From an uncultured Gammaproteobacteria bacterium (lineage in GTDB: Bacteria; Patescibacteriota; Patescibacteriia; UBA9934), in NCBI GenBank assembly GCA_964452565.1, contig CAYVLY010000001.1, positions 386,897 through 450,896 of the forward strand: 64,000 bases of DNA. The letters run 5' to 3'. The first letter of the stretch is position 1. Each line of letters opens with the position of its first letter. Below are positions 8,863 through 18,915 of the stretch, piece by piece. The notes beneath the pieces were generated by a model. That model was given only the letters and a program-made list of their open reading frames with translations. It was not told the DNA's origin and made no database searches. The position numbers were made by a program, and so were the translations under genes.

Positions 8863-11800
8863 TTATTGAGCACACATATTTAAGTAGATATCTGAAAGCT
8901 CCACAGTTCCCTCTCCATTATATGCTGTTCTCAAAGTCACGGTTTGCTCATTGGATCCATCGCAAGAGAATGTAGTTGGTAATTCTATTGATCTGCTTAA
9001 TCCAGCCTCGATAGTAGTAGACTCAGTCTCACCATCAAATGTTAGTGAGATTGTTACATTAAGGATCGCATCAACAATTGCTTCATACATAGCAACCAAC
9101 TCATCAGATGTTGTTGCACTGTATGCGTATGTGATTCCATTGTCAGGGACTTCACAATCGTGATTACCCTCAGTTGTCATTGCTCCACAAGAATCGCTGT
9201 TGTCAGTACATTCCATACTTGACCACCTCTGCATTTGAGCAATCTCACAATCACTATCACTCAACACTGCTGAGAACACCTCAACACCAGCATCTTTAAT
9301 GTCATCAAGGATATTACTTACTCCTCGCATATATTCGGCTGTATCCATGACATCATCACCATCTGTATCTTCTGTATCGATGTGATCGAAGTATAAGCTC
9401 TCATAATCTGTGTTATAGATATTTCCATCTGTAAAAATGATCATGTACTCATTATCTGCATACCCAGAGAATCCTAACGCCGCGTCCTCGATTGACTCAT
9501 AAATAGGTGTTCCTGTAGTGGAGTCTACTACCAGCCCGCTGGTGATACTTGATTGGGTATCTGACTCCGTTGTTGATACTCCAGCAGAACTTGCAGCTTC
9601 AAGCATTAAGAACTTACCTTCTCCAGACGATGAGTAACTTGCCCAAGCAACTAATGGCTTAAACATGTCAATTGCTTGATCCCAGAATGACAGTGTTGCC
9701 AACTTTGTGTCTTTGATGCTTGGATCATAGCCAGTTGCACCTTCTGTTTCTGCTGGATCAGTTCCACCCAAACCATCATCGTCTATTCCACCATCATCAT
9801 CGTCATCTCCACAGATATCTTCGCAATCAGCCTCATCAAGGACAAGCTCTCCACAGTCACACTCAATTGGCTCTGGTACCTCTTCCTCACACTCATCACC
9901 AACTCCATCACCATCTGTGTCCAATTGTGATGGATTTGAATCGTCTGGACAGTTATCTTCATCATCGGGTATTCCATCACCATCTGTGTCTACAGGTGCT
10001 GTGTAGGTTTGATGCAGGCCACCAATATAAGCCCATCCAATTCCCATATCTGCTGAAACTCCATCATAAGCTTCATGTAGAGCTGTGATAGCATCACCTA
10101 CTGCTGATTCCAATACTTCGATTCTGGTGCTATCTCCCAAGTCTGAACTCATCGACTTTGACAGGTCAATCACAAACATAATCTCAACGTCTGGATACTC
10201 GCGATCATCATCATTAATTGTCATTGTAAGACCATCAGAGACTGTACACTCAGGAATATAAAGTGTAGATGAGTTTCCAGTACTAATAACTAGTCCAGAT
10301 GAATCAAATGGAGAAATGTCAGTTGTATAGGTTCGCTTTGCGCCAAGCTCATTGGTCTCAAGAGCGATGCTCTGCGCTGTATAAGTAAACGGACACATGT
10401 TGGCACAGGAATCATTGCAAACTGGGAGTGCGCAATCTGAATACTCACAATCACTATCTGCCATGCAGTGATCGCCATTGTCTGATCCTCCGTTACAAAC
10501 TCCAACCATAGTACAAGTATATGTAGTGCCCGTACTGCCATCTAATATTATCTCACCATCTTCATCAACTTCTACTGTCCCACCCTCATCAGCTACATCG
10601 CAGTAATCATAAACTCCATTTGTTGAATCATAGTAGTAATAAGAAACATCATCGGCATCGCAGACCTCATCTCCATTAATCTCACCGTCTCCACAAAAAC
10701 TTCCTGATGAAGTTACGTTCACGCAATTGTCATTACAATATGCACAGGTCGAGCCATATGACGCAGTACAGATCGTTCCGTTTGCACTTCCTTCATCGCA
10801 TGATTCTTCACCGTCATAAACGTATCCATCTCCGCAGATGTTCTCAGTACATTCGATCGTACACGAGTCAGTAGAATCGTCATTTCCGTCGTCACACTCC
10901 TCTCCATCATCAACTACACCGTCTCCACATGAGCCAGGAGCTATGCAGTCAATATCTGCCCAGTCATATGCCCACAAACATGTAGAATCATCACACGTCC
11001 GTGTTCTTGTTGTTTGATATTCAATTGATGAACAAATTCCGTCTGCCACACCACTGCTATCACAGTCTCCATCTGTATCACATGGTTCGCCCATCTTATC
11101 TGCATCTCCGTCTACACAAACGGTTGTGTAAGGACACTCATTAGCAGTGTCTTTTGTTTCATCTGTTGTGTCTGTCTCTCCACACTGACCAGTTGATGAG
11201 CTGCCAGAACCGGCTGCCACAATCATAATACAATCGCTATCCTCATCACATTTATCTTCATCTGTTGAATTTCCGCTAGTGCACAACATTCCAGAATAAG
11301 TATCTGTGGTTCCATCACAATCCTCTTCATCATCTGCGTCACCGTCTCCACAATATGGACCAGCACCTGAGCAATCCCAAGCACAAGTATTAGACGCGCT
11401 GGCATCATATACACCATTCAAATATGTACATGATCCACCGCCATATGCTGCACCAGAGGCAGTTCCAGATGATCCACAGTCGCAGGCCTCACCTCCAGCC
11501 AAGGTTCCATCTCCACAATATGTTCGGCTTGTATTGAGACAATCTGCTCCGCAGAAACCATAGCTTCCATTTAATGACCCGTCATCACAATCCTCACCTG
11601 TTTCTGTCACTCCGTTTCCGCAGCTTGTCGCATCACATGTTGTCGTAGTGCTATAAGCAGCACATGTCGAATCGCACTCATCTACATAATATCCATCATT
11701 TGTTCCGTCTCCATCTGAGTCACATGCTGTTGTACTTGATGTGGTATCTCCGACCTCACAAAGCTCGCCACTTCCAACTATTCCATCTCCGCAGATATCA

Positions 11801-14800
11801 GATGCTCCCCAGATTGTTGATCCATCACAGAATGCCGGTCCATTTTGGAACCCATCACCTGTTCCGTATCCTCCAATAATTATTTGCTCATCGTCAGTTG
11901 TGTCACTGTCAATATCTGAGAACCAAGAACCAGTTTTAAATTCAAGTTCTGCACCAATAACATACCCAGAATCTCCATATGCACGATAATGATAGGTTCT
12001 TGAACCTCGCGGACAAAGATATTCACCAGCAACCTCATCCACACATGTTGTCTCATCATAATCTCTATATCTTCCGGAGCCACATCCTTGATAAGAATCT
12101 AAAGGATCTGAGTCAACGCTTACACCAAGATCTGTTGCTAGAACATCATCCCAGGATCCCCAAACACTTGATGTTAATGATCGAACAAAACTTCCTGATT
12201 CGATCTGTGGGGTTGAACTACTCATATACTCTGCAAGATCTGTAACATCTCCTAGACGATCCATATCGCGCATGAGCTTTGATTTTATGTCAGCACAATC
12301 GTATCCAGTTGCAGTACAGTCTAAGTCTGATTCGCAACTCGTTGTATAGTTTCCAGCTGTTGAGCTATAGCAAAGTGCCATGTCATCTACATTTGTAACA
12401 AGAGACAAGTTCTCAAGCATCATGTCAAAAATATCAACAGCTGTACTGCTTGCACCGTAGTTATAAGAGATGATTGCTATGTTCGGATATAACGATCCAG
12501 TGACATAGTTTGGAACAGCCACATAGGTTGAGCGGCCATCTACCACTGCCTGGAATCCATCAATCGTTGTTTGTGTTGGATTACCTGAGAATCCGTTTGC
12601 GTAATACCATGCCATTGGACTTAGGTACGAGCTATTCATCACAAAACGAACACCAATGGCATCACCTGTTGGGCCATTATCATTAACTACATTAAAGAAA
12701 TATTCTTTCAAAACTTCAGTACTTCCACGCTCTTGAGCCATCACAACGCGCAACTCTGGATAATCATCATCAGTGTCGCCATCTTCACCAGCATCTCGAC
12801 AATAGTATGTTGAGAAATTCATCCATCCACGTCCGACACCAGCAGACACACCTGAGCCTGCATGTAATCCGTCAGCATTATCTTCAAATGGGAAGTAATC
12901 AAGAGCTGGCCATGGATTATCACAAACAACTATCGTAATGTCTTCGGTTCCACTAACTACAGTTGATTCACATGTAGCAGATACATACTCGCAATCAGTA
13001 TCAAGGTCGCAACTCTCACCACTAATCGAACACACTCCTGAAGAACATGTCTCCTGACACTCAGAGTCAGTTGTACAACCGGTTATTGATGCATCAGAGC
13101 TACAGTAGAAAGACTCGCCAGATGTATCTTCTGTAACAATTGCTTTTGTTGCAATGTTTGCTTCACCACTTGATCCTGTGGATGTGTAATCAGCAGTGGC
13201 GGCGCTAACAGAGCCAACAGACTCACTGCTTCTTGTTAGGAATGAACCAATGCCATCGTCATCATCGTCGTCGTCCGAACTCCAGCTTGTCCATTCCCAT
13301 GTATATCCTGAAATTGGCTCAATCGCCTGTGCTGAGCCTGTGTCGTATGAATAAGCTGTTGCAGTAAATGTGTGCTCCTCATCAACCTCGGTGAATGCAT
13401 TCGGGCTATCTTCGTCTCCATCAATGATGTCCACTTCATCAAGTCCGCAAATGCTCTGATATGTCTCAAAGCTTTGTGAAGCATCTCCATCCATTGCAAC
13501 TCCATAACTTGTCAGAACTCCATCCCGATCATCATCACCCAGAGTATCTCCAGTAACATAGATTGTATAACTTGCTTCTGCAGCAAGTGCCTGATCGTGA
13601 TTGAACACCACTTTATAAACGCCATCACCAACTGCACTTTGCGTGTATCCAGTGATTGGCAATATACAGTCTCCACTTGTTTGTGCATGTACGATTGGCG
13701 CAAAGATCATTGTAAATACATTTAATGCTCGCTGCCACCAAGAATCTGACGATCCGCCCAAGGCAATAGTTGAATGAGTACTTGGGCAAGTTCCGTCATC
13801 AGTAGTTGTAATGTCTAATACTATAAATACATTGCCTTCAAAGGTTGATGTTTCCATCTTCATATTGAACAGCCCATAAATCTCAGCATTCAAACATGCG
13901 TTAGAGCCATTCGGGAACAATTCCGGATCAGGTCGCTCCATGCAACACAGTGTAGTTGCAGGACCATAGCCATCATCGCAATCATCATCATCTTCAGCAA
14001 CACATGAAAGATATAGCGAGGTATATGCCGTTAGATCGTCATAGGTAACCTGAACAGTTGCTGTTGCAAGGTTTGTACTCATATCTACCTGCTGTCCAGC
14101 GTCAGTACTGATCAAGGCCAACTGAACAGGATCTGTATATCCATCAGGTCCTGCGCCGTATGAGCTACCTTCGCAAGCGTCCAGCTCCCCATAGCCAGCA
14201 ATTCCATCTCCACAAACTGAGGCTTCAGTGTAATAAATCGATGAGCCTGAAAGCAGACAGTCATCAGAACACCACTCTTCCCCATCACAATCCTCACCGG
14301 CACTTGTACTTGAATGTTGATCTAATATTTCATCGCCACACTCGCCAGAACTTCCAAAGCTTGCGTAATCAGCATCAGCACCTTCACGAATACAGCTTGA
14401 TGAGCACCCGTCACCGTCGGTTGTATTTGAATCATCACAAGTCTCATATGGTTCATCGATTGTTCCATCACCACATTCTGCAGCAACTTGTGTAATCGCT
14501 GTTGTTCCTTCATTAAGACAGATTGAGGAGCATCCATCGCCAGATGAAGCATTTCCATCATCACAGTCCTCTCCTCCTTGATCATCTTCATGTGCGATAT
14601 CGCTATTTCCACATGTTGCTCCAGCTGCCTGAGACCCCTCGTTTAAACATGAAGAAGAACATCCATCACCGTTAGTTGAGTTGTTATCATCGCATTCTTC
14701 CCCGGTATCAAGGTCCCCATCACCACAACAGGAAGAACTATCTGCATCGCAAGTGCTTGCAGCATATGTACAATCCGTATCTAGAGAACACTCAGTTTCA

Positions 14801-17800
14801 GAGATAGAACATGTTCCAATTAACGCCTCTGTATCAGTTATTTCACATACTTCCTGGCAGTCTGTGTCAGCACTACAAGACTCGCCAGTTGATGAGCATG
14901 TGTATACACATGCGTCGGTTCCTTCATATTGGCAAGATGAAGAACATCCATCGCCATCAACTGTATTCCAGTCGTCACAGTCCTCACCCGTCTCAGTGGA
15001 GCCATTTCCGCAGATTCCATAATAAGTCTCTGATCCGCTTGCAGTACAAGCTGATGTACATCCGTCTGGGATATTTGTTTGACCTACATCAAACAAACTA
15101 CTTGCAACTGTAACCCATTCCGCTACATCCTCATCACTAACAATAGGGTCAGTCCATGACCAGTCATAGCCATAACCACTCAATTCCTGACCTGCAACAG
15201 AGCAGCTATCTGGATCTCCATATGCAGTGACCTCGTAATGCTGTGTATCGCCTATTGCCTCAAGTGTCTGATTTTCAGGGGCAAGTGCGATGCTGCTTAC
15301 CAAACAAAGTGCATCATCGTCCTTTGATCCAAAAGTCCAAGAGAAATCATCTCCATAGTTTGTTCTAGTAAGTGCTACGCCACTATTTGATATAGCAGAT
15401 CCTGACACTACAACTCTGTAGAACTCAGATTCCTTCAAGCTCGTACCGTAATCGCTGTCCGCAATAGTCAATGTCACCTCTGAACAACCAACTGATTCCA
15501 CGCTGCTGCAACTAGCTGTAGTTGTTATTTCTGAAACCACCGCACATAGCTCATTTGAGCAGGAATACAATGTTATATAATCAGTTATTGAATCATCCAT
15601 CACCACATTAAATGTAGCGCTAATTGCGCCATTCACGCATGCAGATGAACAATCTGGCTGATAGTCGCTAACATACGGATCTTCAAAATTAACAGTAACT
15701 TCTGCATCACCAGTGGTTCCGCTATCTGATTCTTCTGCTGTCAAAATAGTAATTCCTTCTGCAACACCAACTGCAGATATGCAATAATCTTCTGTCATTT
15801 CCTCACAATCTGTAAGGCCAATATATGAATATGTGTCTACATCCCAATCCCAACCATAACTTGCAGGATTCAAGACCTGACATTCTTGCAATGGCAATGC
15901 ATTGAACTCAGAATCTTCACCCTGCTCTTCAATCGTGGACGAGGTTGGGCTGACCATCACCTCTTCAATCTCACAATCTGCTTCACTTGGACCTGTAGTA
16001 AATGTCCAAGTCACATCCTCCTCAAGAGTTTGGCCAACGCCTGTATCTGAGTACGATGTAAGATCGTCCGTCACCCAAACAAGATATGAGGTGCTGGTTT
16101 TAAACTTCCCATCGTTATAAGAAGAATCTAAAGTCCATGTAAACGATGTTCGCTCAGTACTCGATGAGGCATATACCGACCCGCTTACATCATCGTCATC
16201 AAAATCAACATTGCACCTGCTATCAGAGCACTCAAAAATCTTAATGTTGTCGGTCGAAATAGTATCTTCATCCATGACAGTACTAAAAGACGCTCTAATC
16301 ACTGTATTGGTGCACGACTCTGTTGTATAAATTAGGTTTGGAACTGCACTAACCAAATCGTCAGAACACTCAACAAGTAAAGTTGGTACATCTGGAATGT
16401 CGCCTGTTGAGAAATACCAAGCATAACCTCCAGAAACATCAGCCGCGACCTCCTCTTCAACAGTTCCAACTTCAAAATTCAATTCATTACTTTCTTCTAG
16501 TGCCGACGAAGTAACAGATACTGGCCCAGTCTGGGTACCAGAAGGAACGGTCACCGTTACACTATCATCATCCCAATCCTCTACCGTGCCAAAAACTGAA
16601 CTATAAAATTCTACTGATCCTGCTGTTGACCCCAGCCTTTGACCATAGATAATAATAGTATCGTCAACCTCTGCGATATCTGGATCAATCGCACAAATTC
16701 CAGGAGTGGGTTCATCGTCAGTAACTGTAAAGTCAATATCATCTGAATCAACTCCAGCTTGTGTTGTTATATAAAGGTCGTAATCCCCTGCTTCAACATC
16801 GCTTTCATTAGTAAACTCTTCTGGAACTATGATTGTAATCTCATCATCACTCCAGTAATCATCCTCACAAGCATCTGGGAAATCAACACTACCCTGCGCG
16901 ACATATCCGCTAGTTTGATCTTCAAACCAAACACTTCCAATGGCAGCACCAAAGTTTGTACCTGAAATAGTGACATACTGACCCACGCCACCCTCTTCAG
17001 GATCTATAGAATAAATTGTTGGTATTTCCTCATCGCTATACTCAACTCCAAAGCTTATTTCGTTCGAAGTTACTCCATCAACTGTTACAGACACGTCAAC
17101 AAATTCTCCTGCCGTTAACGACGGCACGGTCACGACCGCAGACGCATCTGACCATGTTGAATAGCTACTTGCTTCAGTTGTATCAAAATAAATTGATGAA
17201 TCGCCCACTGAATCACCGAAGCCGAGCCCTGATAGCGTAACCGCGTCTCCTACCTCAGCTTCATCAGGAGCTATGTTACAAAGATTTGGACGCTCAGTTT
17301 CATTAACATCAAAATCATCAATCAACGTTCCTTCATCATTGTCAGTTGAGTCAGTATATCCAGATGGCGAAACTTCAACAGTAATAGGCCCATCATCAGC
17401 TCCTTCTGGTACTTCTGCAATGATCTGATCAGACCACCACCCCTCACCACAGGTTGGAATGTCAGCCTCTACCGTGCCGCCAGCGCCATCAGAAAAATAG
17501 ACCGAGCCTCTTGTTCCAAACCCAGAACCAGAAATAGTTACATAAGTGCCAACTGCTCCGTTTGAAGGTGAAATGCTCTCGATCTCAGGATATGAAACAC
17601 ATGTGCCATCTTCGCATGTCCCACTTGCACAATCATCGTCCTCCTCACATGAATCGCCATCACATGAGCCACAACTACCACCACAGTCAGTTCCCTCTTC
17701 ATCTTCGTCCTGCGTTCCATTGAAACAATGCGCTGGCAAAATCTTAATTCGAACTGAATCTGTGTCTTCGTTTCCTGCAATATCTGTCACAGTAACCTCA

Positions 17801-18837
17801 AGCGTGTAACGAGTGTCCTCTTCAGTGTCATCTGTATACCAAGTGCTTTCAATGGTTACATCTGATAAGTCAGATCCGCTTGCTGATACAGTGTCAAACC
17901 AATCATCACCAGCATAAAAATCCGCGCTCGATATCTCACTGTCATCTGTTGCTGATACTTGAACTAAACTTGAACTGTCTGTTGAGATATTCTCGCCGCT
18001 CTCAGGATAAGTAACACTCACATCAGGATCTTCGGTGTCAACTAACTCACCTGTGGTGAAAGTTGACGTACAGTCTGAAACCGCACAATCAAGCGAGGTT
18101 CCGGTCGAACTTTCAATATCGCCGTCTACAGTAACGGTGTACTGGGTATTTTCATCAAAACAATATCTATCTTCGTTTGGCTCAGGGCATGCTTCAGATG
18201 GCATGAACTCAATGCTGTTTCCTGAAATCTCCAAAGTTCCACTTACCTCATCGCCTGTTTCAGTATTTGTAATTGTGATATTCCCTTCAACTGTATCTTC
18301 ATCCAATGTTCTACTGAACGTGACCTCAGCTACGACATTACGAATCGACACTTCGCCTTCTGGTGAATAACCCGCAACTGCAAACGAAGTTACTGAACCT
18401 CCACCATAAGAACCACCCGCCCCACTATCACTACTTGTATAATCGCCATCACCGCCTGTGGCTTCTAATAAGGCATTTAGCACAAACGTCGTAATCGACC
18501 ACGATAATAATATTATCGCAAGCCCAATAAACCCGTTGAGAAGGATCTTCTTTGCTTTATCTACCTTGTCCGCCTCACCTCTTGCCGTCATCCACATGAA
18601 ACCACCGTATAGCACTATTACAACCGCAATAACGCCCAGAACAGTCAGGAATGTCCTTATAATCTTCGCAACAACGATTCTAAGATCTTCGTCCTGCAGA
18701 CCCGATACATCACCCACTTCCTCGAGTTCGTCGACTTGAGCATGGGTTACTTGCATTGGCACTAAGACACCTCCTGTTATTGTAAACAGGACTGCAAGCG
18801 AGCTTATGAATAGAGTTAAACGTTTGAAAAACAGCAT
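8863..18837 (-). CDS. giant (3324 aa) cell-surface adhesin-like protein with N-terminal signal peptide plus two-TM TrbC/VirB2-like pilin anchor module and a multi-domain ectodomain
   Basis: Single uninterrupted 9975-nt ORF. N-terminus: signal peptide, then VIAVVIVLYGGFMWMTARGEADKVDKAKKILLNGFIGLAIILLSW (two hydrophobic helices). Ectodomain: Big_5-like Ig domains; IPT/TIG-like ISPSNGAVGTYVTISGSGFG; many Cys-rich repeats of the form CGDGxxDxGEECDDGNxxxGDGCSSxC (DUF4215/Myxococcus-type cysteine-rich repeat); a TSP3 repeat DTDGDGIPDDEDNCPDDSNPSQLDTDGDGVGDECE; a vWA domain with MIDAS motif VIDLSKSMS. Confidence 0.85.
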   Translation of the reverse strand: MLFFKRLTLFISSLAVLFTITGGVLVPMQVTHAQVDELEEVGDVSGLQDEDLRIVVAKIIRTFLTVLGVIAVVIVLYGGFMWMTARGEADKVDKAKKILLNGFIGLAIILLSWSITTFVLNALLEATGGDGDYTSSDSGAGGSYGGGSVTSFAVAGYSPEGEVSIRNVVAEVTFSRTLDEDTVEGNITITNTETGDEVSGTLEISGNSIEFMPSEACPEPNEDRYCFDENTQYTVTVDGDIESSTGTSLDCAVSDCTSTFTTGELVDTEDPDVSVTYPESGENISTDSSSLVQVSATDDSEISSADFYAGDDWFDTVSASGSDLSDVTIESTWYTDDTEEDTRYTLEVTVTDIAGNEDTDSVRIKILPAHCFNGTQDEDEEGTDCGGSCGSCDGDSCEEDDDCASGTCEDGTCVSYPEIESISPSNGAVGTYVTISGSGFGTRGSVYFSDGAGGTVEADIPTCGEGWWSDQIIAEVPEGADDGPITVEVSPSGYTDSTDNDEGTLIDDFDVNETERPNLCNIAPDEAEVGDAVTLSGLGFGDSVGDSSIYFDTTEASSYSTWSDASAVVTVPSLTAGEFVDVSVTVDGVTSNEISFGVEYSDEEIPTIYSIDPEEGGVGQYVTISGTNFGAAIGSVWFEDQTSGYVAQGSVDFPDACEDDYWSDDEITIIVPEEFTNESDVEAGDYDLYITTQAGVDSDDIDFTVTDDEPTPGICAIDPDIAEVDDTIIIYGQRLGSTAGSVEFYSSVFGTVEDWDDDSVTVTVPSGTQTGPVSVTSSALEESNELNFEVGTVEEEVAADVSGGYAWYFSTGDIPDVPTLLVECSDDLVSAVPNLIYTTESCTNTVIRASFSTVMDEDTISTDNIKIFECSDSRCNVDFDDDDVSGSVYASSSTERTSFTWTLDSSYNDGKFKTSTSYLVWVTDDLTSYSDTGVGQTLEEDVTWTFTTGPSEADCEIEEVMVSPTSSTIEEQGEDSEFNALPLQECQVLNPASYGWDWDVDTYSYIGLTDCEEMTEDYCISAVGVAEGITILTAEESDSGTTGDAEVTVNFEDPYVSDYQPDCSSACVNGAISATFNVVMDDSITDYITLYSCSNELCAVVSEITTTASCSSVESVGCSEVTLTIADSDYGTSLKESEFYRVVVSGSAISNSGVALTRTNYGDDFSWTFGSKDDDALCLVSSIALAPENQTLEAIGDTQHYEVTAYGDPDSCSVAGQELSGYGYDWSWTDPIVSDEDVAEWVTVASSLFDVGQTNIPDGCTSACTASGSETYYGICGNGSTETGEDCDDWNTVDGDGCSSSCQYEGTDACVYTCSSTGESCSADTDCQEVCEITDTEALIGTCSISETECSLDTDCTYAASTCDADSSSCCGDGDLDTGEECDDNNSTNGDGCSSSCLNEGSQAAGATCGNSDIAHEDDQGGEDCDDGNASSGDGCSSICLNEGTTAITQVAAECGDGTIDEPYETCDDSNTTDGDGCSSSCIREGADADYASFGSSGECGDEILDQHSSTSAGEDCDGEEWCSDDCLLSGSSIYYTEASVCGDGIAGYGELDACEGSSYGAGPDGYTDPVQLALISTDAGQQVDMSTNLATATVQVTYDDLTAYTSLYLSCVAEDDDDCDDGYGPATTLCCMERPDPELFPNGSNACLNAEIYGLFNMKMETSTFEGNVFIVLDITTTDDGTCPSTHSTIALGGSSDSWWQRALNVFTMIFAPIVHAQTSGDCILPITGYTQSAVGDGVYKVVFNHDQALAAEASYTIYVTGDTLGDDDRDGVLTSYGVAMDGDASQSFETYQSICGLDEVDIIDGDEDSPNAFTEVDEEHTFTATAYSYDTGSAQAIEPISGYTWEWTSWSSDDDDDDDGIGSFLTRSSESVGSVSAATADYTSTGSSGEANIATKAIVTEDTSGESFYCSSDASITGCTTDSECQETCSSGVCSISGESCDLDTDCEYVSATCESTVVSGTEDITIVVCDNPWPALDYFPFEDNADGLHAGSGVSAGVGRGWMNFSTYYCRDAGEDGDTDDDYPELRVVMAQERGSTEVLKEYFFNVVNDNGPTGDAIGVRFVMNSSYLSPMAWYYANGFSGNPTQTTIDGFQAVVDGRSTYVAVPNYVTGSLYPNIAIISYNYGASSTAVDIFDMMLENLSLVTNVDDMALCYSSTAGNYTTSCESDLDCTATGYDCADIKSKLMRDMDRLGDVTDLAEYMSSSTPQIESGSFVRSLTSSVWGSWDDVLATDLGVSVDSDPLDSYQGCGSGRYRDYDETTCVDEVAGEYLCPRGSRTYHYRAYGDSGYVIGAELEFKTGSWFSDIDSDTTDDEQIIIGGYGTGDGFQNGPAFCDGSTIWGASDICGDGIVGSGELCEVGDTTSSTTACDSDGDGTNDGYYVDECDSTCAAYSTTTTCDATSCGNGVTETGEDCDDGSLNGSYGFCGADCLNTSRTYCGDGTLAGGEACDCGSSGTASGAAYGGGSCTYLNGVYDASASNTCAWDCSGAGPYCGDGDADDEEDCDGTTDTYSGMLCTSGNSTDEDKCDEDSDCIMIVAAGSGSSSTGQCGETDTTDETKDTANECPYTTVCVDGDADKMGEPCDTDGDCDSSGVADGICSSIEYQTTRTRTCDDSTCLWAYDWADIDCIAPGSCGDGVVDDGEECDDGNDDSTDSCTIECTENICGDGYVYDGEESCDEGSANGTICTASYGSTCAYCNDNCVNVTSSGSFCGDGEINGDEVCDADDVSYYYYDSTNGVYDYCDVADEGGTVEVDEDGEIILDGSTGTTYTCTMVGVCNGGSDNGDHCMADSDCEYSDCALPVCNDSCANMCPFTYTAQSIALETNELGAKRTYTTDISPFDSSGLVISTGNSSTLYIPECTVSDGLTMTINDDDREYPDVEIMFVIDLSKSMSSDLGDSTRIEVLESAVGDAITALHEAYDGVSADMGIGWAYIGGLHQTYTAPVDTDGDGIPDDEDNCPDDSNPSQLDTDGDGVGDECEEEVPEPIECDCGELVLDEADCEDICGDDDDDGGIDDDGLGGTDPAETEGATGYDPSIKDTKLATLSFWDQAIDMFKPLVAWASYSSSGEGKFLMLEAASSAGVSTTESDTQSSITSGLVVDSTTGTPIYESIEDAALGFSGYADNEYMIIFTDGNIYNTDYESLYFDHIDTEDTDGDDVMDTAEYMRGVSNILDDIKDAGVEVFSAVLSDSDCEIAQMQRWSSMECTDNSDSCGAMTTEGNHDCEVPDNGITYAYSATTSDELVAMYEAIVDAILNVTISLTFDGETESTTIEAGLSRSIELPTTFSCDGSNEQTVTLRTAYNGEGTVELSDIYLNMCAQ

Positions 18838-18915
18838 GTAATGATTGTTTATAACAATTATTACCCTGAGCGACCCCTGCGATCTACACAGGGAGTCGAA
18901 GGGTGAATTCTTTAA